Positions 18,819 to 29,194 of a stretch of DNA of 64,000 bases are shown here, one piece after another; the stretch's first letter is position 1; each line of letters begins with the position of its first letter. A model generated the notes under the pieces. The model was not told the DNA's origin. It saw only the letters and a list, made by a program, of their open reading frames with translations, and made no database searches. The translations under genes were made by a program, and so were the position numbers. Origin of the DNA: an uncultured candidate division Zixibacteria bacterium (GTDB lineage Bacteria; Zixibacteria; MSB-5A5; RBG-16-43-9); contig OY970208.1 of assembly GCA_963713865.1 (NCBI GenBank), positions 1,888,001 through 1,952,000 on the forward strand, in the 5' to 3' direction.

Positions 18819-19346
18819 ATGGCTCAAGATTTAAAAAGGCTAATCAGAAATGTCAAAGATTACCCGAAACCGGGAGTAATATTCAGGGATATCACTACTT
18901 TGCTTAAGAATGGAAAAGCATTTAAACGTGCTGTAGAGCTATTATATAAAAAATATAAAAACGAAAAAATCGATCTGATAGCTGCGGTGGAATCCAGAGG
19001 ATTTATCCTGGGAGGAGCCTTAGCTAACCAGATGGGAGTTGGTTTTATACCCATTCGAAAATTTGGAAAACTACCAGCAGATCGGATCGAGGAAAAATAT
19101 GATTTGGAATACGGAACCGATACTCTGGAAATTCACCGGGATGCAGTAAAAAAAAGACAGAGAGTTTTGGTTGTGGATGACCTTTTAGCCACAGGTGGAA
19201 CTCTCCAGGCCACTTGCAAGCTCATAGAAAAATTAGGAGGAAAGGTAGCTGGTATTCTGGTATTAATTGAGTTATCCTTCCTTAAAGGAAGGGAAAAACT
19301 CAAAAACTACGACCTTTTCTCTTTGATTAAGTACCATAAGGAGTAA
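18819..19346 (+). CDS. apt: Adenine phosphoribosyltransferase
   Basis: DYPKPGVIFRDIT, ESRGF, LEYG, VVDDLLATGGT. Confidence 0.97.
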   Translation: MAQDLKRLIRNVKDYPKPGVIFRDITTLLKNGKAFKRAVELLYKKYKNEKIDLIAAVESRGFILGGALANQMGVGFIPIRKFGKLPADRIEEKYDLEYGTDTLEIHRDAVKKRQRVLVVDDLLATGGTLQATCKLIEKLGGKVAGILVLIELSFLKGREKLKNYDLFSLIKYHKE

Positions 19347-19383
19347 AGTATAGTCTATAAAGCTTTTTTGGATGGGGGAAGGG

Positions 19384-19414
19384 ACTAATCACCAATCACT
19401 ATTCACTAATCACT
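19384..19414. repeat. Heptamer tandem repeat (ACYAWTC)n
   Basis: ACTAATC ACCAATC ACTATTC ACTAATC; similar at 50711-50745 and 15459-15493. Confidence 0.7.
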
Positions 19415-19423
19415 GCCTTTTCC

Positions 19424-19498
19424 GCCCCCGTAGCTCAGTTTGGATAGAGCAGCAGTTTCCTAAACTGTTGGCCGCCCGTTCAAGTCGGGCCGGGGGTA
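19424..19498 (+). tRNA. tRNA-Arg(CCT)
   Basis: GCAGT-TTCCTAA-ACTGT anticodon arm, GTTCAAGTC. Confidence 0.95.
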
Positions 19499-19624
19499 GA
19501 AATACAGATTAAAATTTGAGGTTTGGAGTTTATAGAAAAAAATTAAAAAAATGCTTGCCAAAAGAAAAACAGGTTTATATATTTAAAACTTAAATTGTGA
19601 GGTGAACCAAAAACTCAAAAAGGA

Positions 19625-21040
19625 GTGAGCCAGATGAAGTTAAAACTAACCCTTACAATCGGTTTGCTGGTCCTGGTCTTTGTCAACCTGGGATATCCTC
19701 AGGTTACAGTAACCAGAAACATTCTCGATTACAATTTCTTAGGAGGAGGAGCAAGGGCAAGAGCAATGGGAGGAGCTTTTTTTGCTGTATCAGATGACCC
19801 ATCCGCTGGCAGCTGGAATCCAGCCGGCCTGGTTCAGTTAGACAAATACCAGATGGGAGCAACTCTTTACTTCATAAATCCTAAAATGGATTATATTACC
19901 AGCTATACCACCTCTTCCTTTCCCAATTCATTAAAACAGACTAAATCCACTCTCTCTTTTGGCAGCGTAGTCATTCCATTCAAGCTTTTTAACAAGGATT
20001 TAGTCGGAAGCGTTCTTTATAACCGGGCTTCAGATATTTATGATAAACGTGTATATAATTTCTTGGGTGTTTATACTTATGGAGAAGTCTCTGTTAGAAT
20101 CTGGGATAAAACAGAAGAGGTTAAAGGAGGGCTTGATGTAGTAGTTCTTTCTCTGGGAGGTAAAGCCTATAAAGATTTATCCTTTGGTTTAGGTATAAAT
20201 GTTTATACTGGAAGTTATGAATATAATTCTGGACAATTAATAGATGTCAGCTGGGATGCAATATCCGATACGTCAGTTTACTACCACCCATATATAAAAG
20301 GAAGTTATTCCGGTGTTAATTTCGCCTTGGGCACGATGTATAAATATCAGGATTTAAGAGTTGGAGCAGTTGTGAAAACTCCTTTTAAATTAAAAGAGAA
20401 AGATGATGTTCAATATGTTTATGATATGATCGTGGATGGAGTAGTTAATCCTTATTCGATTCAATATGGAATAATCTGGCCTGTTGAATACAAACAGAAA
20501 TGGGAAATTCCTCTGATGATTGGATTTGGAGCTTCATATCAAATAAAAGGACTTACCTTAGCAGGGGATGTAGAGTTGAGGGATTTCAGTAGTTCAAAGT
20601 TGTTCTATCCGAAAAAATGGTGGGACCCTAATTCACCTGATACCTCTATTGCTTTAGATTGGAATTCCTTAACTCAATTCAGAATCGGAGGCGAATACTT
20701 ATTCCACAGCAAATATGGTACCATACCATTAAGAGCGGGTTTTAGAAACGACCCTAAGGTGTTTTCAGATTTGAAGAACGTAGAAATAAACTTCCCTTCT
20801 TCCATTAGTGGAAAAGACGAAATAACCATAATCAATCAGAAGAACGGAGATAAAGTCTCAGGGAACACCATCTCTTTGGGAACCGGAATAGGCTGGAAAC
20901 AGATAAAACTTGATTTTACTTATGAGTTAAGCCAGTATAAGACCGAGATGAGTGGTGAAAACTTAGGGGTTCCTTTTGATATTAAAGATATTGAGAAAAA
21001 AGATAATCGATTTCTGGTGAATTTCACCGGATTCTTTTAA
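19625..21040 (+). CDS. Outer-membrane beta-barrel, FadL/OmpP1/PorV-like
   Basis: Signal peptide, GARARAMGGAF.AV.DD.SA..WNPAGL, terminal Phe. Confidence 0.85.
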   Translation: MSQMKLKLTLTIGLLVLVFVNLGYPQVTVTRNILDYNFLGGGARARAMGGAFFAVSDDPSAGSWNPAGLVQLDKYQMGATLYFINPKMDYITSYTTSSFPNSLKQTKSTLSFGSVVIPFKLFNKDLVGSVLYNRASDIYDKRVYNFLGVYTYGEVSVRIWDKTEEVKGGLDVVVLSLGGKAYKDLSFGLGINVYTGSYEYNSGQLIDVSWDAISDTSVYYHPYIKGSYSGVNFALGTMYKYQDLRVGAVVKTPFKLKEKDDVQYVYDMIVDGVVNPYSIQYGIIWPVEYKQKWEIPLMIGFGASYQIKGLTLAGDVELRDFSSSKLFYPKKWWDPNSPDTSIALDWNSLTQFRIGGEYLFHSKYGTIPLRAGFRNDPKVFSDLKNVEINFPSSISGKDEITIINQKNGDKVSGNTISLGTGIGWKQIKLDFTYELSQYKTEMSGENLGVPFDIKDIEKKDNRFLVNFTGFF

Positions 21041-21058
21041 TCTTCTAAAGAGCTATCC

Positions 21059-21093
21059 AGAGGCGAAGTTCAACAAAGAGCTTCGCCTTTTTT
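21059..21093 (+). terminator. Intrinsic terminator
   Basis: AGGCGAAGTTC...GAGCTTCGCCT followed by a T-tract. Confidence 0.75.
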
Positions 21094-21351
21094 ATAAAAG
21101 GCTTGATTAGTTATGGAATTTTATTAAAATGATTTGTTATAGTTGCTTGATTCATCGGGTAACTCTGTTTGTCATTCTAAGGGAGTCACGCCTTTGATAG
21201 ACGACCGAAGAATCTGCGTAGGTTAGCCTGAGGCAGATTCTTCGCCCCCGGCAGAGGATTCAGAATGACACAGTGTCATATATGGAGAATCAGAATGAAA
21301 ATCAGTCATATTTGATAAAATTAAAATTACTTTATTCAGGAGGTAATTAAT

Positions 21352-22038
21352 ATGAGCCCTAAAAAAGTAAAGATAACCAAACACCAGATGAAAGAGGACA
21401 AGCTGGTTACTACCACTTTCCAATTCACCCAATATATCCAGAAACATTCCAGTAAGTTTTTGATAGTCGGTGCAGGGGTAGTAGTTGTGATATTGATAGC
21501 GATATTTTTTATTTCATCCAGTAGGGTGCGCAACCAAAAAGCCTTAGAGCTGCTGGGAAAAGCCAGGGTAGAGCTGCAGGCAGGAGAATTTCAACAAGCC
21601 ACCACAGACCTGCAGACTATCTGGAGAAATTATGGTGGAACCAAAGCAGGACAGGAAGCTTTATATCTCTTAGGGAATACTTTTTATTATGGTCGGGATT
21701 ATGATCAAGCATTAAGGCATTTTCAAAACTTTGTTAATAAATATCCTAAAACTGACCTGCTCCTTTTATCCGGAGCTTACTCCGGCATAGGGGATTGTCA
21801 TATGCAGAAAAGAGAATATTCCCAGGCAGCAGAATATTACCTTAAAGCTGCAGACAAGAATCCGGATGATTTTGTCGTTCCAAATTTATTATTATTATCT
21901 GCTCAGGCTTATTCTTATGCCAATCAGCCTGACAAAGCTAAAGAGATATATCAGAGGATAATCCAGAAATATCCTGATTCCAAAGCTGTATTTCAAGCCC
22001 GTTTAGAGTTAGCAGAACTTTCTATACAAAAAAGTTAA
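21352..22038 (+). CDS. Membrane-anchored TPR protein (YfgM/CpoB-like)
   Basis: N-terminal TM helix, TPR repeats, KYPDS. Confidence 0.82.
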   Translation: MSPKKVKITKHQMKEDKLVTTTFQFTQYIQKHSSKFLIVGAGVVVVILIAIFFISSSRVRNQKALELLGKARVELQAGEFQQATTDLQTIWRNYGGTKAGQEALYLLGNTFYYGRDYDQALRHFQNFVNKYPKTDLLLLSGAYSGIGDCHMQKREYSQAAEYYLKAADKNPDDFVVPNLLLLSAQAYSYANQPDKAKEIYQRIIQKYPDSKAVFQARLELAELSIQKS

Positions 22039-22052
22039 AGACGAATGATACT

Positions 22053-24284
22053 ATGAATGGAAATTCGAAAAAGCCATTGAAAGTTGCATTTATCTGGCAT
22101 ATGCATCAGCCTTATTATAAGGAGATAAAAACCAATCGCTATCTTCTGCCCTGGGTCAGATTGCATGCTTTAAAAGATTATTATGATATGGTAGCTATCC
22201 TTGATAACTACCCTAAAATCTCGCAGACTTTCAACCTGGTTCCTTCATTAATTGAACAGGTTCAGGATTATGCATCTCAGTCAGTCTATGACCGGCATCT
22301 ACTTTTAACTGAGAAACGGGCGGATGAGCTTACTGATGATGAAAGATTAGAGGTGATCAGAGATTTTTTTATGGGTAACCAGGTAACTATGATCAAACCC
22401 TACCCTCGCTTTTATCAACTTTTTCTCAAAAGGGGAGAAGACCCAGAGAAGTACAGTCAAGCAATTCAGAAATTCACTCATCAGGACCTTCTTGATTTAC
22501 AGGTCTGGTCAAATTTAACCTGGTTTGATCCCATCTTCAGAAAAGATAAAGAATTAGCACCTTTGTTCAAAAAGAAGGAGAATTTTACTGAAGAAAATAA
22601 AAAAGAGATGATTTCCAAGCAGAAGAAAATCATCTGTGCAATTCTTCCAAAATATAAAGAGCTAAAGGACAAGGGGCAGATAGAAATAACCATATCCCCC
22701 TGTTACCACCCTATTTTGCCTTTGCTCTGCGATATCGGTATATCCAAAGTATCCCAACCTAACCTAATTTTACCTCATCGAAAATTTAATCATCCTGAAG
22801 ATGCCATAGCTCAGGTAAATTGTGGAATCGAGATTTTTGAAAAAGTTTTTGGAGGAAAACCCAAAGGAATGTGGCCCTCAGAGGGAGGGGTAAGTGAAGA
22901 TATTATACCCATTATGGCTCAAGCAGGTATTGAATGGTCTGCTACAGATGAAGAGATTTTATATTTAAGTCTTGGAGTCACAGATGCTTCCAACCATAAT
23001 AAAATCAAACTGTTATATAAACCGTACGAAGTAACAGTTAAAGAGAATAAAGTGGTTTTCTTTTTTAGAGATCATCTCCTGTCAGACTTAATCGGATTCG
23101 TCTATTCACACTGGGACCCAAAGAAAGCTGCAGATGATTTTATTAAAAGGCTTCTGGAAATCAGAAAGAACCTCAACGATGAGGAGTTAAATGATTTCCT
23201 GGTAAGCATTATCCTGGATGGGGAGAATTGCTGGGAGTATTATAAAAACGATGGTTCGGATTTCCTCAATGCTCTTTACTCAGGGTTTTCAGATGAAAAT
23301 CTAATTCAAACAACTACGATAAGCAAATTTTTAGAAGCTAAGCCCGGCGTAGCTGCTGAGGCTCAGGTAAAATCCAAACTCACCAAACTCTATCCTGGTT
23401 CCTGGATTGACCATAACTTTAAAATATGGATTGGTGAGCAACCCGATAATTTAGCCTGGGACCTGCTTAAAGAGGCACGGGATAAATTAGTTGAATTTTC
23501 TGATCTTAGATCCAGAGAAAAAGATAAGAAGGGAGTAGGTATTATCGAAGAAAAGTTAAAAGCCGCCTGGAAGGAAATCTATATAGCTGAAGGTAGCGAT
23601 TGGTGCTGGTGGTATGGAAGTGAACATTCAGGTCCGGGCAGCGAGCTCTTTGACCTGCTTTTCCGTTCCCATCTTCTATCCGTATATGAATTGATAGACT
23701 TAGAACCGCCGGAAACGCTCTTCAATCCTTTAAGAGCTGGTGTAAAGGAATTAGCTATTCAAGAACCGGTAAGCCTTATCACCCCAACCCTGGATGGGAA
23801 AGTAACCCATTATTATGAATGGGAGGGAGCAGGCGTTCTCGATTGTGTTAAACTCAGCGGGGTAATCAAGAGAGCCGTAAGTATATTTAAACAGATCCAT
23901 TTTGGAAACGATTTGGAAAATCTTTACATAAGAATAGATACGGTCCTTCCTATAGAAAAATACTTCTCTGAGAATTATCAATTTGAACTGGAGATTATGA
24001 TACCAGCACGTTTTAAAATTTCTATTTCCAAAGAGAAAGCCGATTTTAATAAATATATTCCAGAAAAAAAACAGTGGGTAGAGGTTCCCGTTCCAGTTAT
24101 TTATCAATTCTCAAAAGTGCTTGAGCTTTCTTTGCCCCTTTCGATCTTTGAGCCGGGAAAGGAGAAGGGTTTTCAATTTAGATTAAGGGTTAAAAAAGGA
24201 GAGGATGAAATAGAAAAATGTCCGGAGATCGATCTTGTAAAATTTAACATCCTGCAGGAAGATAAAAGCCCTATTTACTGGTAG
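22053..24284 (+). CDS. Glycoside hydrolase family 57 (amylopullulanase-like)
   Basis: WHMHQP, PWVRLH, GMWPSEG, LDGENCWE, AEGSDWCWW. Confidence 0.93.
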   Translation: MNGNSKKPLKVAFIWHMHQPYYKEIKTNRYLLPWVRLHALKDYYDMVAILDNYPKISQTFNLVPSLIEQVQDYASQSVYDRHLLLTEKRADELTDDERLEVIRDFFMGNQVTMIKPYPRFYQLFLKRGEDPEKYSQAIQKFTHQDLLDLQVWSNLTWFDPIFRKDKELAPLFKKKENFTEENKKEMISKQKKIICAILPKYKELKDKGQIEITISPCYHPILPLLCDIGISKVSQPNLILPHRKFNHPEDAIAQVNCGIEIFEKVFGGKPKGMWPSEGGVSEDIIPIMAQAGIEWSATDEEILYLSLGVTDASNHNKIKLLYKPYEVTVKENKVVFFFRDHLLSDLIGFVYSHWDPKKAADDFIKRLLEIRKNLNDEELNDFLVSIILDGENCWEYYKNDGSDFLNALYSGFSDENLIQTTTISKFLEAKPGVAAEAQVKSKLTKLYPGSWIDHNFKIWIGEQPDNLAWDLLKEARDKLVEFSDLRSREKDKKGVGIIEEKLKAAWKEIYIAEGSDWCWWYGSEHSGPGSELFDLLFRSHLLSVYELIDLEPPETLFNPLRAGVKELAIQEPVSLITPTLDGKVTHYYEWEGAGVLDCVKLSGVIKRAVSIFKQIHFGNDLENLYIRIDTVLPIEKYFSENYQFELEIMIPARFKISISKEKADFNKYIPEKKQWVEVPVPVIYQFSKVLELSLPLSIFEPGKEKGFQFRLRVKKGEDEIEKCPEIDLVKFNILQEDKSPIYW

Positions 24285-24356
24285 TAAAAATGTTTAGCAG
24301 GGACAGAATCCGCCTGAAGCGGATTCTGTCCTGATAGAGTTTAAAAAGGTTCAGCG

Positions 24357-24725
24357 ATGGATGAATTAGAGTCAAAAAAAGCTGAAGAAGAAAATAAATC
24401 TAAGTCCACACCATCTGAAGAGGAGCTCATCCAGGAAGGGAAAGCAGCCGCTATCCTGGGCTATATCCCTTTTATGTGTTTCGTGCCTCTGGTTAAGATG
24501 AAAGATAATCCTTTTGCGGTTAAACACGGGAAGCAGGGACTGATCCTTTTCTTCTTAGAGATAATCGCAGCGGTTTTTCTTCTGCCCAAAATAAGCCAGC
24601 TTTTCTGGGGAATGGTAATCATACTCTGTTTGATTTCAGCTCTAGCCGGAATACTGAATGCCGTCCAGGGGAAGGAATGGAAAATACCATTTATTGGCGA
24701 ATTAGGAGATAGGCTAAAACTATAA
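24357..24725 (+). CDS. DUF4870-like membrane protein
   Basis: AILGYI...FAVKHGKQG...NAVQGKEWKIPFIG. Confidence 0.75.
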   Translation: MDELESKKAEEENKSKSTPSEEELIQEGKAAAILGYIPFMCFVPLVKMKDNPFAVKHGKQGLILFFLEIIAAVFLLPKISQLFWGMVIILCLISALAGILNAVQGKEWKIPFIGELGDRLKL

Positions 24726-24828
24726 GTCTTTTCAGCTCTTCGCTGGTGTTCTCATCAGCGAATGCAAAGTCGAACTAGGGACGACCAGCTGAAGGCGTCT
24801 CACAAAATTTTTACGAGGGCTAAAATAA

Positions 24829-25803
24829 GTGATCAAAATAACCGTAGTGGGCAGCTACCCAAAAATAAGCTCGGATAAGAACGTTCCCAATCTGAGAAAC
24901 GCTTTGAACCAGTTTGAACAGAACAAGATCTCGGAGGAAAAGTTAGAAGAGGTTTATAAGGCTACCATTATAAGGGTTTTAAAAGAACAGGAGGATGCCG
25001 GAATCGACATTATCACTGACGGGCAGATAAGATGGGACGATCTTTTGACTCCCTTTGCTAAGAATATAAAAGGGTGCGAAGTAAACGGACTTCTGAGATT
25101 TTTCGATAATAATTTTTATTATCGCAAGCCGGTGATAAAATCTAAAATGGTTTTTAAAGATTTTACTACTCTTGAGGACTTCAAATTCGCCAGAGCCAAT
25201 TCTAATCAGAGCTTGAAAGTGGTTCTGCCGGGTTGTCTGACTTTTTCGGGATTATCCCTGGATGAATATTATAAGGATTTAATGAGTTTTGGAATGGATT
25301 ACCGTCAGATTTTGAAAAAAGAGATTCAGGGATTAGACCTGGAGGGGATAGAATATATCCAGGTAGATGAACCTTCATTATGCTTCGTTCCCCGGGAGAT
25401 AAGCTTATTGAAAGAAAGTCTAAGGTTCATCTTTTCCGGTATAAAGGCTAAAACTATTCTTTTTTTGTATTTCGGGAAGATAGAATCTTTAATACCTGAG
25501 CTTTTTGATCTCCCCGTGGATATAATCGGCATTGACCTGGTAAGCAAACCTGAGAATCTATCTTTTATCTTAGAAGCTGATTTAAAAAAAGAGCTGATCC
25601 TGGGCTGTTTGGATGCCCGGAATACCAAAATGGAAGATGAAAAGGAGATCCTCAAGCTCATCGAGAAAGTCTCCAAAAAGATTCCTCCTGAGAAAATCTA
25701 TATCAGCCCCTCCTGCGGGCTTGAATTTTTACCACATGAAAATGCCTTGAAGAAATTAAAACTTTTATCTTCCATTGCATATCGGTTTAATCATATGGGC
25801 TAA
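24829..25803 (+). CDS. Cobalamin-independent methionine synthase, N-terminal-half subunit (split MetE)
   Basis: GSYP, ITDGQIRWDD, RFFDNNFYYRKP, QVDEP, PSCGLEFLP; lacks the HxC Zn motif. Confidence 0.82.
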   Translation: MIKITVVGSYPKISSDKNVPNLRNALNQFEQNKISEEKLEEVYKATIIRVLKEQEDAGIDIITDGQIRWDDLLTPFAKNIKGCEVNGLLRFFDNNFYYRKPVIKSKMVFKDFTTLEDFKFARANSNQSLKVVLPGCLTFSGLSLDEYYKDLMSFGMDYRQILKKEIQGLDLEGIEYIQVDEPSLCFVPREISLLKESLRFIFSGIKAKTILFLYFGKIESLIPELFDLPVDIIGIDLVSKPENLSFILEADLKKELILGCLDARNTKMEDEKEILKLIEKVSKKIPPEKIYISPSCGLEFLPHENALKKLKLLSSIAYRFNHMG

Positions 25804-25947
25804 AATATTCTGGAAATGAGATACTGCCCCCGCTAAAAGCGGGATCAGTATGACAGATTAAATTTAACTGCCATTCTGCGGGACGACCGAAGAACCCGTA
25901 TACAGATTCTTCGCCCTGCGGGCTCAGAATGACAAGGAGGAGAGAAG

Positions 25948-26913
25948 ATGCTTCTCACGACCAGCGTAGGCAGCTTTCCCAAACCAGACTACTTGGCTAA
26001 GGCTCGAACACAGTTCTCGCGGGGTGAAATTACTCAAGAAGAGTTACATCTTTTAGAGAGAAAAGCAACGGCTGAGGTCATAAAATTCCAGGAGGAGATA
26101 GGCATAGATATACTTGTCCATGGCGAGATGGAAAGGGGGGATATGACCACCTATTTTGCAGAGATATTAGAAGGGTTCGGTATTAGCGGACTGGTTCGCT
26201 CCTACGGAAATAGATATTATAGAAAACCGGTTATCTTGGGAAAAGTAAAAAGAAATACCCCGATGACAGTTGAAACCTTTAAGTATGCTCAGAGCTTGAC
26301 TCCAAAACCGGTTAAAGGTATGCTCACCGGACCTTATACTATGATGGACTGGTCTTTTAATGAGTATTATCCCTCCAGAAAAGATACGGCTTTAGCTTTA
26401 GCTGAAGTAATCCATCAGGAAGTTTTCGACTTGGAAAAAGCCGGGGCTAAATATATTCAGATAGATGAGCCCGCCTTATCCACGCGGCCAGAGGAGATAG
26501 ATTTAGCCATAGAGGCCATGGCTATAGTTACCAGAGGGATAAAAGCAAAAACTATCAGTCATATCTGTTATGGTGATTTCTCTAAAATCTATCCGAGACT
26601 TTTGGATTTTCCGGTTGATCAGCTTGACTTGGAGTTTGCCAATAGCAATTTCTCCAATTTAGACCTCTTCAGAAATCCCAAATTTACCAAAGAGATTGCA
26701 GTCGGAGTAATAGATGTGCATAGTCATAGAATCGAGACTAAAGAGCAGGTAAAAGCCAATATTAAAAAAGCTTTAGAAGTTTTTCCTTTAGAGAAAGTCT
26801 ATATCGACCCGGATTGCGGGCTGAAAACCAGAACTGTAGAAGAAGCCCAGGCTAAGCTTAAAGTAATGGTTGAAGCTGTGCGGGAAGTCAAGAAAGAATT
26901 GGGAATTGAGTAG
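25948..26913 (+). CDS. metE: Cobalamin-independent methionine synthase, catalytic half (split MetE)
   Basis: TTSVGSFP, VHGEMER.DM, KGMLTGP, QIDEPA, HICYG, GVIDVHS, PDCGLKTR. Confidence 0.9.
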   Translation: MLLTTSVGSFPKPDYLAKARTQFSRGEITQEELHLLERKATAEVIKFQEEIGIDILVHGEMERGDMTTYFAEILEGFGISGLVRSYGNRYYRKPVILGKVKRNTPMTVETFKYAQSLTPKPVKGMLTGPYTMMDWSFNEYYPSRKDTALALAEVIHQEVFDLEKAGAKYIQIDEPALSTRPEEIDLAIEAMAIVTRGIKAKTISHICYGDFSKIYPRLLDFPVDQLDLEFANSNFSNLDLFRNPKFTKEIAVGVIDVHSHRIETKEQVKANIKKALEVFPLEKVYIDPDCGLKTRTVEEAQAKLKVMVEAVREVKKELGIE

Positions 26914-26960
26914 CGCGACCCTTTTAGGGTCGCAATGCGAGGCTGAAAGCCTCGCGCTAC
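26910..26960. repeat. GTAG-type REP doublet overlapping the metE stop
   Basis: GTAGCGCGACCC-TTTTA-GGGTCGC AAT GCGAGGC-TGAAA-GCCTCGCGCTAC. Confidence 0.8.
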
Positions 26961-26968
26961 GAAATAAC

Positions 26969-28802
26969 ATGACAAATCAATTTATAGAAAAACTGCAAAA
27001 AGGTGTCCTGCTCTGCGATGGGGCAATGGGGACACTGCTTTATACCAGGGGAGTTTCCTATTACCAGTGCTTTGATGAGCTGAACCTATCCAACCCTAAA
27101 GTTGTCCAGAAAGTCCATCAGGATTATATCAAAGCTTGCGCAGGGATAATTGAGACCAATACCTTTGGCGCAAACCGTTTCAAATTAGCCACTCACGGGT
27201 TTGAGGAGAAAGTTAGGGAGATAAACCTGAAGGGTGCAAAAATAGCGCGTGAAGCCAGAGAGATAGAGGGAAAAGATATCTTCGTAGCCGGTTCAATCGG
27301 ACCAATAGGGCAGAGGGTTTATCCATTTGGGGAGATAACCTTAAAGCAAGTCCGGGAGGCTTTTTTAGAGCAGGCAGAAGGGCTTTTAGAGGGTGGAGTG
27401 GATTTATTCATAGTTGAGACCATATCTGATCTCAGGGAGATGAAAGAAGCAGTCTTTGCCATCCGGAGTATCTGCCAGCTGCCGATTATGGCTTCAATGA
27501 CCTTTGGAGAGGATGGGAAAACCCTGATGGGTAACACCCCTGAAGAAGTGACCGAGGTTTTGGATAAATTGGAAGTAGAGGTAATTGGAGGCAATTGCAG
27601 TGTGGGTCCTTTGAAGATGTATGAGGTGATCCAGAACAATGAAAAGCAGGACCACAAAATTCATCTCCGCCCAGCCCAATGCCGGTTTGCCTCATTTTGT
27701 AGAGGGAAGATACATCTATCTTACCTCCCCGGAGTATATGGCAGAATATACCGAGAGATTCATCCGTGCCGGAGTTAATATCGTCGGCGGCTGCTGCGGC
27801 ACGACTCCCGAGCATATCAAGATGATGTCTCAGGTTATTAAAAAATTGAATTCCGGGATTACATCCAGAACCGAGCCTGATATCTATTTGGAAGAGGAGG
27901 TCGAAGAGGAAAAAATAGAAATCCCCCTGATGGAGCTTTCGCCTTTTGCCCGGAATCTCGGTAAGAAATTTCTGGTCTCAGTAGAAATCGACCCGCCTAA
28001 AGGAACCAATCCGGAGAAGATAATTCAGGTGGCTGAAAAGCTGAAGAAAAAAGGAATCGACGCGGTCAATATCGCTGACAGCCCCATGGCAAAGGTGAGA
28101 ATGGGCTGTCTCTCCCTGGCTTATCTTTTGAGAGAAAAGACCGGGATAGACGTTATTCTCCATTTAACCTGTAGAGACAGGAATTTAATGGGTCTGCAGT
28201 CAGACCTTATAGGTGCGCATGCCTTAGGCATAAGAAATATCCTGGCTATCACCGGTGACCCGCCCAGCCTGGGCGATTATCCTCATATGACCGCAGTTTA
28301 TGATGTTGACTCTATTGGTTTGGTAAAGATTATCCAGAAATTGAATATGGGAACAGACTGGGCAGGAAATTCCATTGGCTCACCCACATCTTTTTTCGCC
28401 GGGGTGGGAGTTGACCCGAATGCTGAAGACTGGGACAGGGAATTAGACCGACTCAGGGAAAAAGAAAAAGCCGGAGCAAATTTTATCTTTACCCAGCCGC
28501 TTTATGATTTAGAAACCTTAGAGAGATTTTTCAGAAGAATAGAAGGAATAAAACTGCCGATTATCATTGGTTTACTCCCGTTACAAAGCACTAGACATAC
28601 GGAATTCCTCCACAACGAAGTCCCCGGAATCAGAATCCCGGATAAGATAAGGGAGAGGATGAAACAAGCAGGGGAGAGGGGCGCACAGGAAGGGGTGCAA
28701 ATCTGCAAAGAGCTTTTAAAAGAAGCAAAATCCTTAGTCTCCGGAGTTTATTTAATTCCTTCTTTTGGCAGGTTTGAACAGGTTTTAGAGGTGATAGAAT
28801 GA
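26969..28802 (+). CDS. Bifunctional homocysteine S-methyltransferase/methylenetetrahydrofolate reductase (YitJ-like), apparent frameshift at about 27635
   Basis: DGAMGT, ETNTFGAN, GNCS.GP, then in the next frame QPNAGLP, GGCCGTTP, EIDPPKG, HLTCRDRN, TGDP, TQP. Confidence 0.92.
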
Positions 28803-28808
28803 TAATAT

Positions 28809-29123
28809 TGTCATTCTGAGGGAATCCAGCCGAAGGCGGATGACCGAAGAATCTGTCGAATTTGACCTTGAGGTAGATTCTTCGCTTTCGCTCAGAATGA
28901 CATTGATGCTGTAGCGTCGGGCTTCACGCCCGACGAAGTAAACGTAGGGTAAGGCTTTTAGCCTTGCTTTTGTTTTTCGTAGTATGACCCTTTTAGGGTC
29001 GCTGTAGTTGTAGGGACAGAACATTGTTCTGTCCAGTAATTACGACAAATCGAGACGCATGCTATGCGTCTCTACAACTATTAACCGTCTAATAATAATG
29101 TAGAGGAAGGCTTTAGCCTTCCA
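28809..29123. repeat. Dense cluster of at least 7 REP-like elements of different families
   Basis: TGTCATTCTGAG..CTCAGAATGACA, GTAGCGTCGGGC, GTAGGGTAAGGC, GTAGTATGACCC, GTAGGGACAGAAC, GAGACGCAT..CTCTAC, GTAGAGGAAGGC hairpins. Confidence 0.85.
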
Positions 29124-29134
29124 TTATTAATTTT

Positions 29135-29164
29135 ATTGACTTTAGTCAATGACTATTATATACT
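29135..29164 (+). promoter_or_regulatory. sigma70 promoter with palindromic operator over -35
   Basis: TTGACT-17 nt-TATACT; ATTGACT-TT-AGTCAAT palindrome at 29135-29150. Confidence 0.7.
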
Positions 29165-29194
29165 TTTCAATACCAATAACCACGGCGGTAAATA

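Noticed and set aside
23337-23370. Possible REP-derived insert in GH57 (KPGVAAEAQ)
   Set aside because: No matching repeat copy in the window and no clear palindrome
24726-24828. Possible SAM riboswitch upstream of the met genes
   Set aside because: No SAM-I TTATC...GAT(A/G) core; looks like a repeat-type hairpin
29084-29106. Possible second degenerate dif (CCGTCTAATAA TAATGTAGAGG) left of the dif-adjacent genes
   Set aside because: Lacks the 6-bp spacer and the right arm is explained by a GTAG REP
28809-29123. CRISPR-like appearance of spaced palindromes
   Set aside because: Units differ in sequence, spacing is irregular, and there are no cas genes
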